From positions 507,225 through 571,224 of the forward strand of contig NW_008246085.1 of the NCBI RefSeq assembly GCF_000281045.1: a DNA stretch of 64,000 nt, read 5' to 3'. A program made the position numbers and the translations under genes. Each line of letters opens with the position of its first letter. Positions within the stretch are counted from its first letter, which is position 1. Below are positions 60,075 to 64,000 of the stretch, piece after piece. Under the pieces are notes generated by a model. It did no database searches, was not told the origin of the DNA, and saw only the letters and a program-made list of their open reading frames with translations. The DNA comes from Saprolegnia diclina VS20 (Eukaryota).

Positions 60075-60238
60075 CTTGTCGGTGAAGTCGGAAAATGGAC
60101 GGGACCACCGCTCGTTCCACGCATCATCCGGATACGCGGCCAGCTGCGCCGGATACTGAGCCAGGCGCGATCTTGAGGTGTCGTTGCTGGGCCTGTCTGA
60201 CCAACCAGCAACGGATGCTTGAGGCCATGGCGGCGACG

Positions 60239-60799
60239 NNNNNNNNNNNNNNNNNNNNNNNNNNNNNNNNNNNNNNNNNNNNNNNNNNNNNNNNNNNNNN
60301 NNNNNNNNNNNNNNNNNNNNNNNNNNNNNNNNNNNNNNNNNNNNNNNNNNNNNNNNNNNNNNNNNNNNNNNNNNNNNNNNNNNNNNNNNNNNNNNNNNNN
60401 NNNNNNNNNNNNNNNNNNNNNNNNNNNNNNNNNNNNNNNNNNNNNNNNNNNNNNNNNNNNNNNNNNNNNNNNNNNNNNNNNNNNNNNNNNNNNNNNNNNN
60501 NNNNNNNNNNNNNNNNNNNNNNNNNNNNNNNNNNNNNNNNNNNNNNNNNNNNNNNNNNNNNNNNNNNNNNNNNNNNNNNNNNNNNNNNNNNNNNNNNNNN
60601 NNNNNNNNNNNNNNNNNNNNNNNNNNNNNNNNNNNNNNNNNNNNNNNNNNNNNNNNNNNNNNNNNNNNNNNNNNNNNNNNNNNNNNNNNNNNNNNNNNNN
60701 NNNNNNNNNNNNNNNNNNNNNNNNNNNNNNNNNNNNNNNNNNNNNNNNNNNNNNNNNNNNNNNNNNNNNNNNNNNNNNNNNNNNNNNNNNNNNNNNNNN
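60239..60799. other. Assembly gap (561 N)
   Basis: Run of n. Confidence 1.
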
Positions 60800-63700
60800 T
60801 CTGTGTCTGCGTCTTCAGTGTCGCAGAGACCGTCGTCAAAGCTGTCGTCCTCGTCTTCGTCCTCATCCTCGTCTTGCTCGGCGGCACTCGAGTCGACGTG
60901 GCTGAGGATGGACTCGATACTGCTTCGGCGCAGACGCTGCTGCTCCGTGCTCAATTTGCGCAGAAGCGAGAGGTCCCTTGGACCATCGTCCAACATGGGC
61001 GACGGCTCAACAACGTGGAGGTGCGCTGGCGGCTCCAGCACTCGAAGTCGCTCGGCCGCATCCTCGCGCGTCGGCTTGACCGCGATCGTGAGTTGCTTTG
61101 CGTCCTTCTTGGACACTTCTTTATGCGCCGGCTTGGGGAGGATCGGCGTCACCTTGGCCAAGCTCGAGCGCACGCTCTGCGTTCGCCGTTTGAGCAGGTG
61201 CGCGACCGCTGGCATGGCGAGCTCGTCGACCTTCTCGCCCCGAAACGCCACGTCGCTGTCATGGCGCAAAGGCGTCTCTAAGGACAGCACCGACTCGCGC
61301 GTGTCTGTGTAAAGCAGGGACCCTCGGTGGTGACGCACCACCGGAGACGACCTGGCTTCTTCGATTGCTTGGTCCTTCCTGTCTGCTTCCGTCGTGCATG
61401 GCGGTGTCTCGGTCGTCGACGCGATTTGCACTGTCTCGCTCGGCACTGACGGTTCGCTCGGTGGCACTGGGTCACTCGGTGGTGCAGCGCTCATGTCGTG
61501 TGTGGCTGCAACGGGCGTCGTGGGCCCAGACGCGGCATTCTTGTTGTTGTGCCGATGGCGCTGCGCAAGCTGCTCCCGCAGCTGGTTGTGTCGCTGGAGA
61601 AACACCGGGTCCTGTCCCAGTGCGACGAGCTCACCGGTCGCGAGGCTCCTGGCGACCACGTCGCGCACCATGCTCTTGCGGATGATGCGGCGCACGGATG
61701 GAAAGTTGTTGGTGACATCTTCAAGCGCCGAGCGCGTGAGGCAGCTCACTTCGACAAAGCAAAGCGCGCGCACGGACGCCCGGCGCTTGGCCGAGAAGAG
61801 GAGACCGCGCTCGCCAAAGTATGCGCCTTCGTGGAGCACGTTGACGACGACGATGCGGCCGTCGCTCGCCATGCGCTCGACCTGGCAGCGGCCGCGGTTG
61901 ATGATGTACATGGACGTGCCAATGCGGCCAAACACCATGATCATCTCGTTGGGCGGGTAGACAACTAGAATTGGCAGAGGAATCTCAATCTGAACCTCAA
62001 TATTTGCGTTGTACTCATTTGGAGGCGGAGTGCGATCGCAGCTAAAAAGTCTTGGGGCGCGCCTCGAAACTGATGCACCGAGCTCAAAATGTGCTGGAAC
62101 TTGAAGAGCGCGACTTCATCGCGGATCGCAGGACTCATCGAGTGGAGGACTTCGGCAATGTCGCCAATCTTGGCGTCGCGCTTGTACAGAAGGTACTTTC
62201 GAATGCGGATGCGGAGGTTCTGCGGAATGTTGTTGACGTCCAAAAAATCATTGACTTCGTCCTACACCGCATGCAATAGAGACAGAGAGAGGACAGGGAC
62301 GGTATACCATGCGGCGCTGGAACTCGAGCGTGTTGACGTTGAGGCCTTCGACGAGCTGGCACATGGTACCGACGACGTACGCGTAGACGCACGCACCGAG
62401 AAACATCATTATGACAAACAAGGCGCGCTCCGTCGAGTTGGCCGGGTAGATATCGCCGTACCCGATCGTAGTGATGGTCTAGTCAACGTAAATGGAGCAG
62501 AAGATCGTGTGGCGTGTACCATCGCAGCCCAGTAGACGGCCGCAATGTAGGCGTCGCCGATGTAGTGCTCGGGCGAGATGCTTCCAACAAGGTTGGCGGT
62601 GCTCAACCACGTGGCTTGCGGGGCTGTCATGATCGCGACCAAGTACACAAAGCAAGCCATCCACTAGACACGAATACGGTCAACGACCCTAGCGTCCTAA
62701 CGACGGGGGTACGTGGGTGAGGAGGAGGATGCCAGCGGCAAACTTGATGAGGCGAATCCAGCCGTACTTGATCGAGATGCGCATTTCGTAGCGCTGGAAA
62801 ATGCGACTCGCGACCTGTCACAGTCTGAGGTCCAAACGTATCAATCTTTCAACTCCGTACGACGATCTTGAGGATCTTTGTGAGGCGGAACATGCGAAGG
62901 AGCCGTGGCAGCTTGAGGAGGTTCGAGTTGCCGCCGCCCGACGGTAAAAAGGTCGCAAAGTAGTCAAAGGGCACGATCGAGATAAAGTCGATCGGGAACC
63001 ACGTCGAGAGGTACTCGCGCGCCCGCATTTTTGCGTCAAACTCCAAGTCGCCCTTCGGTGTGGTGTGCGGCGTCCGGAAATTGATGAAAATGTCCGTGAA
63101 AAAAATAGCGTCCGTGAGGCGGTCGACGGCGAAGAAGGGCGCCCAGTTGCTCAGGTCTTCGTATGTCCTAGCGAAGAAGCATGAGCCATTTGCATGGCGA
63201 TCGCCACGCGAACATGAGGTCGCTCAGGAACGAGAGCTGGAGCGGCAGAAAGATCGCTACGCAAGGCCCTGTTATACCGGTGACAATTGGGCGGCGACGT
63301 ACCCACGTACGACAAGGACACGATAAGGACCGCGTCCCAGAGTTTCCGAAACTGGCTGTCGGGCAAGACGACGTACTTGACGAGCTGCGCTTTTTGCTTC
63401 TTCCGGAGCGCAATGACCTCGTTTGCGACGCCAATGAAGCTGCCGAGGAGGTAGTTCTCCCACTCGTACTCGTGGTCTTCAAACTTGCTCGCACCTTCTA
63501 AGATCTGCGTATCGCGGAACCGCTTGTCGTACTCGGCCGCGTGCGACGGCCGCTTGTGTCGCTTCCGATGCGTCTCCATACTGCCCGTGGGCTTGTCGGC
63601 GCCGAGGAGCTTGCTCGCCTTGTCCGACCGCGTGCGGGATGACAGCCGGCCCTTCTCGAGCGACCGCGCCGACTGGTTGGTGAGCGGCAGCCGCAAATTG

Positions 63701-63891
63701 GCCCGCGAGAGCATCGGCGGCACCCGGCGCGACGAGATCGCGGTCGTCGCCTGGCGGAACGGGACGTCGTCGTGGCGGCCCTTGCTCGGGCCTTCGTGGC
63801 GGCCCTTGCTCGACGAGTCGCGCTGGCCTCTGCTGGGCGACCGCCGAGGCGAGTTCGACGACCCCCGGCGCATCATGGTGCCCGGGATCAT
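60800..63891 (-). CDS. Voltage-gated K+ channel with cyclic-nucleotide-binding domain (KCNH/HCN/plant Shaker-like); 3' end lost in the gap
   Basis: FRKLWD, YLSTWFPIDFISIVPFD, S4 LLKLPRLLRMFRL, pore YWAAM-TITTIGYGD, CNBD YFGERGLL..RRASVRA. Confidence 0.9.
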
Positions 63892-64000
63892 CGTGTCGGC
63901 GAAACTGTTGCTGCGATCGGGGGTTTCCGGACTTGAAGCCGCAATCGACAAAGTTATAATTACGCGAATGGCACTTGCACAACCGACGACTTGAAACGTT

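Noticed and set aside
36834..60085. Long antisense ORFs (36834-38672, 46587-48158, 57818-60085)
   Set aside because: Expected from strong GC3 codon bias on the opposite coding strand. No recognisable motifs.
59946..61944. ORFs spanning the N gap, or a K+ channel-oligopeptidase fusion
   Set aside because: Frame across the gap is unknowable, and 60126-60156 carries the promoter-type motif expected upstream of an independent oligopeptidase gene.

Overview
Gene-dense, GC-rich eukaryotic DNA with very short (about 40-50 nt) GT-AG introns. Gene content (GPCR-inositol phosphatase fusion, GH17-ricin glucanase, Cdc25, mucin) and intron style point to an oomycete, probably Saprolegniales (inference). 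About 30 protein genes can be reconstructed by splicing the ORF track. They include TERT, a TRM11-ankyrin fusion, CDK8, GPCR-INPP5, MED31, a DGCR8/Pasha-like protein, NBR1-like, B3GNTL1/QTGAL, a stand-alone OvoA-type methyltransferase, SPRING1, TCF25, a P450, HAT1, RPC2, a C2/FYVE tandem pseudokinase, PHAF1, NAF1, oligopeptidase B and a CNBD K+ channel cut by a 561-N gap. The best signals are: (1) a full-architecture DGCR8/Pasha homologue outside Holozoa; (2) a 779-nt RPC2 intron holding three to four box H/ACA snoRNAs, three predicted to guide the same peptidyl-transferase-centre pseudouridine; (3) a palindromic ATCCGGAT motif just upstream of many genes. All calls come from reading motifs by eye, and exon boundaries are manual estimates.
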